Shown here piece after piece: positions 52,894-64,000 of a stretch of 64,000 nt of DNA. A model generated the notes under the pieces. That model saw only the letters and a list, made by a program, of their open reading frames with translations. It was not told where the DNA came from and did not search any database. The translations under genes were made by a program, and so were the position numbers. This stretch comes from Paramecium tetraurelia (Eukaryota): contig CT868474.1 in NCBI GenBank assembly GCA_000165425.1, forward strand, positions 1-64,000, written 5' to 3'. Position 1 is the stretch's first letter, and the number at the start of each line of letters is the position of its first letter.

Positions 52894-55473
52894 ATGCTTT
52901 CATAAAGCAGCAGTAGAAATCTTTTGGAGAACCCAATAGGACCTGTTTTGCGTCATGATTCTAATCCTTACAAAAGTTATGAAAAAGATCGGTCACCTTC
53001 GAGATTGTCGATAGAATCTGAGCAGTAGCTTAAGAGAAACAATAGTGATGGTATCAAGATGAGTGTTCACGAAATGGGAGAAAAAAAGAAAACTATAAAT
53101 TTTAATATTGCCAGAAGGAAGTCCACAAGACCATAATAAGTAAGAGTGTTGTAAATAAAAGTCAAACAAGCGCAAATCAGATTAGGCAAGAAAATTCGAA
53201 GGGTTGTCAATCTTAAGAACCATGCAACAGAATTAGCTCATTTAAAAGTTTGTAAATACACTACTAATGAAATCCTACATTTTGTCTCGACATAATAAGT
53301 ACCTTCTAAATTAAGAAAGCTACATGCAATCCAAGGTTGATAAAACAAAATACTAAAGTATAAATATTGTATGAACAATTTGAGATAATTTTTATGATTT
53401 TAGAAATTTTTCTCATAATAAATTAATTATTTAAATGCTTAATTACATTAATCTAAATTATATTGAAGGTTAAATTATAAATACTCGAAGCGATATTCTT
53501 CTTAATTACCTTGGTAAGTCATCTCATTTTGACATTTGCTCAATAATAATATGGATTATGATAAGTTTTGGTGCAATCGAATAAGTTAGCATTATTCAAA
53601 TGCTTGCAATACTCCTTGTGATCATCATTTTTGCTCGGATCTTCAGAGTGTATGATTACCTCGTTGAATAACTATATTAAAAAGGATTTGGTGGCTACGC
53701 TTTTGATCTTTTAACATTAGTAATAAGTATATTTTTCTTCGCTCATATAATGGCTTGTTTATGGCTGATGGTCGGATTGAATTCAAGTGGGGAAAAAATG
53801 AATTGGATCAGAGATAATGATCTGGAAAATGAATCCATTTGGACCCAGTATAATCATGCATTCTATTGGGCGACAATGACAATGGTTACTGTAGGATACG
53901 GAGACATTACGCCGAAGAATAACTATGAGATGACATTTGCTAATGTAGCAATGTTTTTTTCAAGTTGTGTATTCGCTTATTCAATGAATGCTATAGGTAT
54001 TTTACTGAAGGGGTTTAATGATGTCAAATAAAATTACAAGTAATAAATTTGAATATTAAAGAAAATCGGTTGTAATTATGAATTAGTATATGAAATCTAA
54101 TAATGTTGAGGATTAGATTCAGAACAAAGTAAGAAACAATCTAAAATATTTAATATATAGTTAAGATGGTGATAATAATGATGCAAACAAATTGGTTAAT
54201 AAATTATCCTTAGGACTGTAATAAGAATTGCAGGCAGATATACTAGGAAAGATAATCAAAAACATCAAAGTATTGTCTTGCAATTTCAGTAAATAAATTT
54301 TACAAGAAATTCAAGGATTAGTAAAGATAGTTTAATTTTCACCGGGGGAATTCATTTAAAAAGGGGAAAACGTCTTAAATGATGATGATCTATTTTTGTA
54401 AGAATTATATAGTAATTAGATTTTATATAATCAAAGGGAATGTGAACTTCATTTCAAATACCACAAATTCCTTGATTTATAAATTAGGGCCAGGAGACAC
54501 ATTTAATTAGTATGAATTTTTTACTGGTTTTGGTGATAAGAAAATAGATATCATAAGTGATGACTTTTGCTAATTAGTTAAATTAAATAAAGCATAGTTT
54601 ATAAAATTAATATTGGAATCAAAAAAGGATTGGGAAATATACCATTCGATTAAAGACAATGCTGCAAATAACAATGATTTGATTGATTTAAATTACAAAT
54701 GCTAATTTTGTCAGAGGAGTACGCATTTAAGACAAAATTGTCCTCTTCTCTCTTATTAACCTAATATTTAGCATAAGTTGAAGAAGCAATAATAGTTAAG
54801 ACAAAAGTAACATCGATCTTAGTTAAGTAGAAATTGTGTAAAATTGAATAGCAGAATGATTTTAGAGGAAGTGAAAATGACTATTTAATAATATATGATG
54901 AATAATATTACTGATTTTACTGAAAATCTTTCAAGGAAAGAATCAAAGGTAAATGAATAAGATGATGATTAACAATTCAAAAAGATAGAGTTAATTTCTA
55001 GCACTCCTAATTATAATAGAAATACTCCAGCTAAAAAAACCACTATTATCTAGAATCTGGGTAGTTAAAATTATATTCGAAGTAAGTTTTAAGCAGGAAC
55101 TCCATTAAGAGCAAATAATCAACTGAAATTTAATAAAGAAACATCTCATTAAAATTCAACAAATTAATCATAACCAATTTTATCTCAAACTAATGTACAA
55201 CCAACCCTTTCATTTAAAATGCTTGATCATGTTTTCGATTCAATGAAGTTTACTTATATTAACATTGATAAAATGCAAAATTATATTAATTATCTACCTC
55301 ATAACAATTTCAGACGGATTTTGATTTAAATGGATACCCAAAATCAGTAGATCAGAGATAATGCAAAAGGACAAATCAAAGGGGATAAATCTTTTGGATT
55401 TACTGCGAAATTAAGAAGCCAAAAGTAGAAAAACAATGCTTCAAGATAAAGTTAATTTAATATAAAACTTTGA
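52894..55473 (+). CDS. CNBD K+ channel with a damaged S1-S2 region (possible pseudogene)
   Basis: FFFAHIMACLW, YWATMTMVTVGYGD pore, C-linker, CNBD; TGA at 53372, no S1 helix, S2-like helix out of frame. Confidence 0.75.
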
Positions 55474-55494
55474 ATTTAATATTATTTATTTTTA

Positions 55495-57347
55495 ATGGCT
55501 GAAAGAGAAAGATTTTCCAGCTAACGAAAACTTCCAACCTTAGATTTTGTATAAGCTAATCGAATCCCAACTGAGGGTATCAATGTCAATGTATTGTCTA
55601 TTAAAGGATATAGATCACAGTCTAGTCGGGTGATGCTTAATTTGTTAGTTTTCGATCTTTAAATGAGTTGAATCCAAAACTTCGTTTTCCTACTAACTCC
55701 ATAGATTAATCCTCATAACAATTAAACTAAACCATCTAGAAGGATTTGTCTAAAAATAAGAAAATGATCTGCATGTTAAGGAAGACTCTTTATAAATAAG
55801 ACTATGAATATTAGGGATATCAGGAAAACATAATTGTACTAATTTGAATTAAATTAGAAACAAATAAGAACTGTCACCAGAATACAAAGGTAAGTCAAAA
55901 AGGTTCCTCATCGAATAGATCCTGCTAATAATGGCAACGAGAAATCTAACAATATACAATAAATTGCCAAAAAAAAAGTGTCATTTCCTATGTACTTTAA
56001 TGGGGCATTCTTTTCTAAATTATAACATAGTTGGATACCTGCAATTCGAGAAAATACAATGGCAGCAGATTTCTAAAACAAAATATACATGTTTGGAGGA
56101 ATAGGCAGTGAAGTTATGGGTGATTTAATAGAATATGAAATATAAACAGGAAAATTCAGAGAGATCAAATAAAATGGAGACATCCCTTTAAATCGTTATG
56201 GCCATTGTTTACATAGCATAGGTTATCCAATGACTTTGTCAACCTAGTTTTCGTATGATAATCAGCAATACACTTAAATTAATGGAAAACAATTAATCTT
56301 GTATGGAGGGGAGATGCAGTATAATGCAGCTTTAAGACTAAGAGAAAATTTAAGTGACACAAGAATTTTCGATTTGGAAACTAAAACATGGCAATTACTG
56401 AAACCAAATTATGAAAATGTTCCTGAAAGTCGTAGATCTTTTGGGAGTTGTATAGTTGGAAAAGGATTAATCGTTATGGGTGGTATTAGAAGTAAATTTT
56501 CAGTTTTCAATGATATTCATTATTTGAATTTAAGTATCATTATTGTATATCGCTAGATCTATGTAAATGGAATCCATTAGATACATCTAAGAACCCTTTT
56601 AATAAAGGATTGGCATTCTAGTAATTAATTTGTGCTTATAATAAACCATAATTAATCTTTGACAGAAGAGATACTAGAGGCAAACCTTATAAACCACTTG
56701 AATATGAAGGTATTTACTGTTTTGGAGGATGCTACATTGACGATGATAAAAACACATAATTCTACAACCATTTTATGGCTCTCTTAAAATTAGATTAACC
56801 AAATAATCCTTGGGTTATTCCAGAAACTACAGGTAAGCCACCTCTTCCAAGAATCTAACATACTGCTTCGTATGTCTAAGAAATGAATGTTATAATTATC
56901 TTTGGTGGTAGAGATGACTCTAGGAGCAATCCCTATTTTAATGACATATTTGCATATAAAATTTTTGAAAAGGAATGGGTTTAATTAGATATCTATGGCA
57001 ATATTCCAAGACCAAGAGCCTCTCATTCTGCTGTGGCTTACAAAAGTCAAGTCTTATACTTTGGAGGAGTTAGTATGAATGGATATCTGGAATTTTCGGT
57101 AAATGTTGCAGAGTTTAATCAAAACCAGATTAGACATTTGCAAGCAGAAATGAAAGTCCATGAATCAACTATTAATGTATAATCTACAAAAGAGGAAATT
57201 TAAAGGCAGTCAATTTTAAATAAATAGTATTTTTCTTTACATTAAATTGCGCCTATCTAAATACCTAGAGAATTAACAAAGACAGAGGAAGTGAATAAAA
57301 AGATCTAACAATTATCATTCACTAACTTTCCTCTACATCTTAAATGA
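55495..57347 (+). CDS. Kelch-repeat protein with long N-terminal extension
   Basis: PAIREN..IYMFGG, RYGH..LILYGG, RRSF..LIVMGG, IYCFGG, PLPRIQH..IIFGG, PRASHS..LYFGG. Confidence 0.88.
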
Positions 57348-57859
57348 CTTAGTGATTGACATATAAATAATAATTATTAGGATTAATTCATATTAAACAA
57401 TATTAAATACCGGTATGGAATAAATGTATTTTTTATATTAATTATTCTAAACTTATTTTTTTGGAAGATATCTTCAAATTTTTATTAACTGTGTTAGTCG
57501 GGTAAAATGTATCGAAAATACTACCTTATGTGTATTCTCTCTTTCCAACTTTTTTATTATAATTATATATATTTAATAATAATGATTTGACTTATGTTTA
57601 TTATGAGTCTGCCCCTGGGTTTGATTGATATCATTTAGATCAACAGCAATTTGAGAAATGAAAATAAAATTTGTAAAATAATAATGATTATGTGGAACTG
57701 GAAATTTAATTTATAAAATGATTTATTTTTAGATTTTTAATTTATTGATAAATTCTGAAATTAAATTGTTTCTCTAATTTTAGTAATTACTATTAATAGT
57801 GAATAAATTTCATATAAATTTCAATTAGTTTGATGATCAAATATTAATAACTTAATAAA

Positions 57860-58967
57860 ATGAAATACTTAATAGTAGCTACACTAATCTTATTCACTAC
57901 CGCTGAGTAAATCAAGTGCCCACTTGAGATAGACACTTCAGTATCTTGTACCAAAGAAAATAGACTTACATGCGCATATTCATCCGAAGGATACGTAAGA
58001 TTTAAACTTAAATTGTAGCAATTAGGAACTTTTGAAAATCCTTGTTTTGCTTGTAGAGCTGATAAAGCAAGTTATTATGAAACTGATGCATGTAAGTTGG
58101 AATCAGCACCCTCATAGCCATAAAGTTCAGATTCTGGAAATTCTTCATCCACCACCTCAAAAGGAAACACCATAATCAAATGTGATATGCCAAAATCTGA
58201 TAGTCCAATATGTCCAGCAGTGTAAGATCTATAAATAATATTTTAGTTATAAACCTACTTGTGGATTGTTCAATGCTAGTATTCAATGCTTTAAAGCTCC
58301 TTGTGGAAAATCATTTGGAAATGAATGTGAAGCCTGTTCAGACAAAAGTGTTGATTCATATTTTTATGGAGATTGTGATGAAGTGCCTTAAGAGTATCTT
58401 AATTGATTTATAATTTATAGAGATCCATAAAATCCACCTGATGATAGTATCACCTATTGTACAGAACCTAGACCTGAGATTTGTACTGCTGATTATACAG
58501 ACACTTGTGCTTTCCTCTCAACTCCATGTTTTTCAGATTCTTGTTTGAGATCTGCTGGAAACTTTTGTGATGCTTGTTCTAAAAAAGATGTGGTTGGATA
58601 CGTTAAACAATCTTGTGATAAATACAAGTAATTATTTGTTCTAATTTTTAGATAAATATACACCTAATATCCAAGCAATCTTGATGACAAAGATCCTTAA
58701 ACTTAGACTGAAGAGGAAGCCTAAGATTTAGATTCATAAAACTAAGAAACATCAAAACAATGTGGTACCAAGCCAAGTTCTTGTGACAATGTTGTGAATG
58801 AAGTGTGTGCAACCTATAAATGCAATGACGCCACTTGTCAAAAAGAATATTAAAATTCATGCTAAGCTTGCTTAGAAACAACAACTATTTCATATATTTA
58901 GGGTAAGTGTTAAACTCTATCTGGAACCATCCTGGGTTTGGCCTTATTATTACAACTAATCATATGA
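57860..58967 (+). CDS. Secreted, probably GPI-anchored protein with four Kazal-like domains
   Basis: Signal peptide; CTKENRLTCA..FENPCFAC, CPAVYKPTCG..FGNECEAC, CTADYTDTCA..GNFCDAC, CDNVVNEVCA..YQNSCQAC; ends SGTILGLALLLQLII. Confidence 0.8.
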
Positions 58968-59081
58968 AATAATTGAAAATATCATTCATACATATATATT
59001 GAATATAACTTTATACATATATGCGATTCAGATATTAAATATCTTAAGACACATAGGCATTAATAATAAAATACTCAGAAA

Positions 59082-60116
59082 TCATTTAACTTCAGACATC
59101 TCAACGTAGTTCAATTACTCTTGATCTGCTAAGGCTTTTAACGTTCTTTGGCTGTTTGGAAAATTCCAGATGTGGTGATCAGTGCCAAAGTATTCCTTAT
59201 TGCATTCGTAACAGACCAGGAAAACGGCAACTGGGATTGTTATCAGTGATATTAATTTTAATAAAGAGTATATTAAAACCTATAACAAATAAAATTATAC
59301 TGTTAAGATCGATGTTGGTATCAAATAGTTAGTACACTCTGTTGGATTGGAGGATGATAATGCATAGACAAATACATCCAAACTGAATTGAACTCCGTAT
59401 TAAATCAAACCGCTTACTGAAAGAAAATAGAGAATTGAATTTACTTTTTAATATCTTGATCTAAGTAAGTCTTGTTTCTAATTTAATTAATTGATGAGAG
59501 AAGGAGTCATTTTTGTTATCCATCTTTTAATAGAGTGTAATTATACTAAGTACTCCTTGTATTGGTGCAAGTGATGAACACACTAAAATCCAATAAACAA
59601 TGCTACGATTGACAGCATCAAACCAATGAAAGACATAATCAAGTTCGAAATCACATTGCACTGATAACTTGTAGTTTTTCCACAATAATATACACACTCT
59701 CTTGATGATGGTTTATGGTCTGATATAGCCAAAGGAATCCTATCAAGCATAATCCCAAACGACCTATATTAAAAACTTGCTCATGTTTTTCTTTGTCCAC
59801 AATAACACTTATTAATATTATGCATATTAACAATTCTAAAACCAATCCTATGCTTTTTAAACTTATCAGCCAAATGATGGATTCTACATAATGAGAAACG
59901 AGTACTTGCAAACATGAAGTAAAACACTTGGAGAGCCATCTGAATAGTGCCTATGACACACAGAGTTTAATCGATTAATAGTAGAATTCCATTGTTATTT
60001 TCAAACATGAATTTAGCTTTCATTATAAAATAATACAGAATCCCACTACTTATGATGAGATCGATCAGGCTCTCTGAGCATTAATAATTGGTTTAACATT
60101 TATATAATGCTCCCAT
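59082..60116 (-). CDS. Multi-pass (about 7 TM) membrane protein of unknown function
   Basis: Series of hydrophobic segments, short polar C-tail, short introns. Confidence 0.7.
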
Positions 60117-60366
60117 CGAATTTAATTATATTTATATAATGCATAATTTGGATTTGAAAGTGGCAAAAGGGGCCATTGTGAGAGGGATAAGCATTTCTAA
60201 ATTTAGACTGCTAAGTACAATAATCTGTCAAAATAGCTTAATTCCGATTGAAAAGTGATTTGAAAATATGAAAGATGACCAAATTAAAATGCGCAATATG
60301 ATTCTTATAAAAGATTTGATTAATTCAGATTTACAAATATTTGAGGTAATTTAATTATTGCTTGGA

Positions 60367-62176
60367 ATGAAGTCTGGTGAAATAATTCAAAACATGAATG
60401 ACGACACGTCTCTATCATCTGAGGATGACGAACAGACTTCCAAGATTATAGAAAATGATCCAACAGGTCGTTTTAGTAAGGTATTCAAATGATAACATAA
60501 TTTGTAGTACAATGAAGAAATTGGAAAAGGAGCCTATAAGAGTGTTTACAGAGGATATGATAACGAGAGTGGATGCGAAGTAGCATGGAATGTGTTTTAA
60601 TTGATGAATGTTTCTGAGAGTAATTTTATAATTCATTTTACATTTAGACGAAATAAGAAGAGCCAGATAAGAGATAACAATATTGAAAACATTGAAACAC
60701 AAGAACATCATTAATTTTATACATTCATGGTAGAGCAGATCGAAGAGGCAAATCGTTTTCATCACCGAAATTGTTAATGGAGGATCGTTGAAAAAGTAAG
60801 TTTCAAAGCATTATCAGGTAGTTACCTTAGGAGAATCACAAGACCTAAGCTAAAAGTCATTAAATATTGGTGCAGACAGATCTTGGAAGGATTGGAATAC
60901 ATGCATTAACAAAACATTATCCACAGAGATTTGAAATGCGAAAATATCTTGATTGACACAAACAACAACGAATTAAAAATAGGGGATCTTGGCCTATCGA
61001 TTTAGTAATGATTCACAATTAATTAAGAGAATGCAATCCAATAATACAAATTCAGTACTGGGAACACCAGAATTTATGGCACCTGAAATATATCACGGAA
61101 ATTATGACACTAAGGTTGATATCTATGCTTTCGGGATGTGCATTCTGGAAATAGTGACTGGCATGAAACCTTTTTGTGAGTGCAAAGGCGGGACTGGTTA
61201 GGTCATCAAAAAGGTTATGGAATCTCAAAAGCCTTAGAGTTTAGAAGGAATCTTAAATGAAAAGATTAAATCCATCATTTTAGAGTAACAATACATCATT
61301 TATTTTAGGTGTCTCAAACCTGCAAATGAGAGACCTACTGCTACTTAACTGTTGAACCAATATTTTTAATCCTCCCACATTGATGAAGACAATTCTCCTG
61401 TTTAATTAAATGAGTCACTTCTGAACTAGATCTCACATGACAGCAAAAGTATTTCATGACTTAAAATTATAGACTCCTCCTTCTTCAAGAATAACTTATC
61501 TAAAAACATCAGTGAAGTCAAGGGAACTACTAACAATCACATTAATAATAATTTTACTAATTAACCCAATAAACTAATTCTCTTTCAGGAATGCAATCCT
61601 AATTCAATGAAACAATCTGATGTAAGACATTGTGAATAATAAAATAAGTTAAGCATGGATACTGCTGATGATTTCTCAATTGAGTAATAATTCGGCAAAC
61701 AATACAAAGAATATTATGTAAAATCTTAATTGTTATTCTAGATCACTCAAAATGACGAAACCCTGTTGGACTTAGAATAAAGACAAGAGAGAGAATTACA
61801 ACTATTATTAACATTACATAAACAGCAAAAGGCTGATCTCTCGAATAAGCTTCAATAAACAAATAGATCTATTATACCATATGGATCAGGGTTTTTATCA
61901 CCAAAATCATTCTCCACCTTATTTGAATTCAACAATGACTAACATCAACAATTATAAGGAAACTAATAGTAATCTCAAATCTTGAAAGTCTTTCCTGTAA
62001 GTGAAAGTACAAATTCAGAAGAAATTGGAAGAAAGCCAAACAACAAAGAAGATGATTTGAACATGATTTAATCAGTAAGTTTTAATTTAATCTATTAGAA
62101 ACAACCATGTAAATTATCTACAGATGTTGTTGTGTAATCAAAAGTTTAAAATGTCAGAACTCCTATTTAAGGTTGA
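60367..62176 (+). CDS. WNK: WNK-family kinase
   Basis: [19 protein letters not shown] (Lys in subdomain I), EVAWN (no subdomain II Lys), [24 protein letters not shown]; in-frame ATGs at 60268, 60367 and 60394. Confidence 0.93.
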
Positions 62177-62238
62177 ATATTAACATCACTTTAATGTTAA
62201 TATTGACTATTTATTTATAAATATAATATAAATCAAAA

Positions 62239-63904
62239 TCAAAGATCTAATTTGTCACTAGTTTGTGATTAATACATCATCTATTGTGGTTATTGCTATT
62301 ATTGCTAGTAGCAAGTTACATGATAGTTGTAACCAGGGAAATACTATTGATTGGTAGTAAAGTTATTATTTAAATGGGTTGGTAAGTTCAAAAATGATCG
62401 GGTTGGTTGAAGCTAATTAAAATTCATTTGATTATTCATGGGCAAACATTAATAATAATAGGAGTTCAAACTTTAATGTTCAGAGAAACCATCTAAATTA
62501 TTGTTCTACTGATTTTATTACTAACCAAGTTCAAGATTTGCGTTTAGAGCAATGTTGTTTGAATAATTCAGATTACTAATTGGAGGTTGAGCCCCTAAAA
62601 AGCTGGATAAGTTGATAAGAGCGTTGTTATTAATCTGATGTTAAGATTTAATATAATTGTTAAATTACTCCTAATTTAAAAAGTATACATATCCTTTTTC
62701 TTTGTTAACTAAACAGAAACTTAATTAACTCTAATCCTCATTTTAATTATATTCCATAATTTACAATGAAATGCAATTAGCAGTATTGTTTGTTGGTTGG
62801 TTTAAACTAGAAGGAGTAAAATTCTCAATGTTTATATTGATATTATTGAAATTATTGACATTTTAAATTCTATTGTTGTTTTGATTCTCTTGCTATTATT
62901 ATCTAGTTTTTAATTCACGCCTATCCAGTTATACCTTTTTGGAGACTTAATCCTAATGTTCTTACTTGATTTCATAGGAAGAACCATCTTATTTCATTCT
63001 CCATTCTATCTTTTTGATTATGGCTTGGATTTGTTTAATCTCATCCTGACTTAACTCTTCAGCTGATGGATCAGATATATATGAATCATGATCCTCATTA
63101 TCACTTTCATTTTAGGATTATGGGACATTTTTGCCGCTTTTTTCCTTTCTCATTAAACAATTAAATCTATTTTTCACATTGTTTTCACTGCGCTATAATT
63201 TCAACTTTTTAGAAATTAATGCCCACTTTTTTCCATTTTAAATGGCCAATCTCATGAGCTCCAAATCTTCTAATTATTACCACGGATTTCTTATTTATAA
63301 GGAAACAGTTACCTATTAATCGATGGGTTTAAGTGATTATTCCACCTCTCTCGACATTACTTTCCATTTCTGTGAACATTTAGACCTGTTGTTTTATTGA
63401 GTTCAGTTGCAATTTGACTCCATTTATTTCCTCTGTTCTGAGCCTAAAACTCACTTATTATACGAACTAAGGCTTCATCCTCATTTTGTCCCCACGGAGC
63501 TTATTGAAGAGGCAATTTCAACATCTATAGCCACTTTTGCTTACATTAGAACGAGTCTCTTCGCAACATCATCGATGATATATTCTACCAGTCCTCCTCA
63601 CACTAAAGAAAATAATTGTTGAAAACTTTACAATTAGTTTGAAATCTCTTTTATGATAGGACATGTACTTTCCGATAATCCATATTAAGATTCTTTTGTC
63701 TTCATCAGACCAGTTCTTTTTTAATTTTTTGGTTCCTGACTGAATGCTGAGTTAGTTATTCCTTTAAAAGTTATAAACCTCTTGGTTGTCAGGAAATTGC
63801 TCAATTCCAAGATTATATAATTCCTTCATGTATGCAAATCTAACATTTGTGATGTCCTTAACCTTATCGTAAAACTCCTTAAATTAAACAAAGAAATCTT
63901 CCAT
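62239..63904 (-). CDS. Myb-family transcription factor (three Myb repeats, Q-rich C-terminus)
   Basis: WSDED..W..QCKQKW, PWGQNED..KWSQIA..RNGKQCRERWNNHLNP, PW..ED..GKKWALISK..RSENNVKNRF. Confidence 0.93.
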
Positions 63905-64000
63905 TTTTAATATTTATGGAATTATAAAATTAAACAAATTATACTTCTCAATCCAGGCTTATAAATTGCATTCTTAATGAAGTAGCAATTTGTCCTATTA

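Noticed and set aside
2306..63904. Apparent mass pseudogenisation (stop codons in every gene)
   Set aside because: Explained by TAA/TAG = Gln plus short introns
1..64000. Telomeric repeats, transposase/RT genes, CRISPR arrays, tRNA/rRNA, retained IESs inside genes
   Set aside because: No T2G4/T3G3 arrays, DDE/RT motifs, repeat-spacer arrays or structured RNA genes were seen; frame breaks in intact genes were explained by GT..AG introns

Overview
AT-rich, extremely gene-dense eukaryotic DNA that reads cleanly only with the ciliate nuclear code (TAA/TAG = Gln, TGA the only stop) and has ~20-33 nt GT..AG introns. It is most consistent with a Paramecium macronuclear chromosome. The supplied standard-code ORF track fragments every gene. 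About 35 protein genes were rebuilt by hand: a P4-ATPase, an ABHD4/Cld1-like hydrolase, an importin-like HEAT protein, two CNBD K+ channels each followed by a kelch gene, an ABCB half-transporter, an EF-hand kinase, RPL18, a PDI-like thioredoxin, an FHA-RINGv ligase, DNA ligase IV, a GYF protein, WDR90/POC16, LITAF, glycolate oxidase, a Kazal-repeat surface protein, a WNK kinase and a Myb factor. No rRNA, tRNA, CRISPR, telomere or transposon was recognised. Best leads: (1) a myristoylated C2-C2-polyQ-MORN-bulb-lectin fusion; (2) a probable Rrn7/TAF1B Pol I initiation factor; (3) an RPL18 copy with an AT..AG intron and substitutions at usually conserved sites; (4) a Phs1/HACD-like protein lacking its catalytic Tyr/Glu; (5) a K+ channel that has lost S1/S2; (6) a repeated channel+kelch gene pair. 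Several intervals look like decayed genes. All coordinates and family calls come from manual reading, with no database searches.
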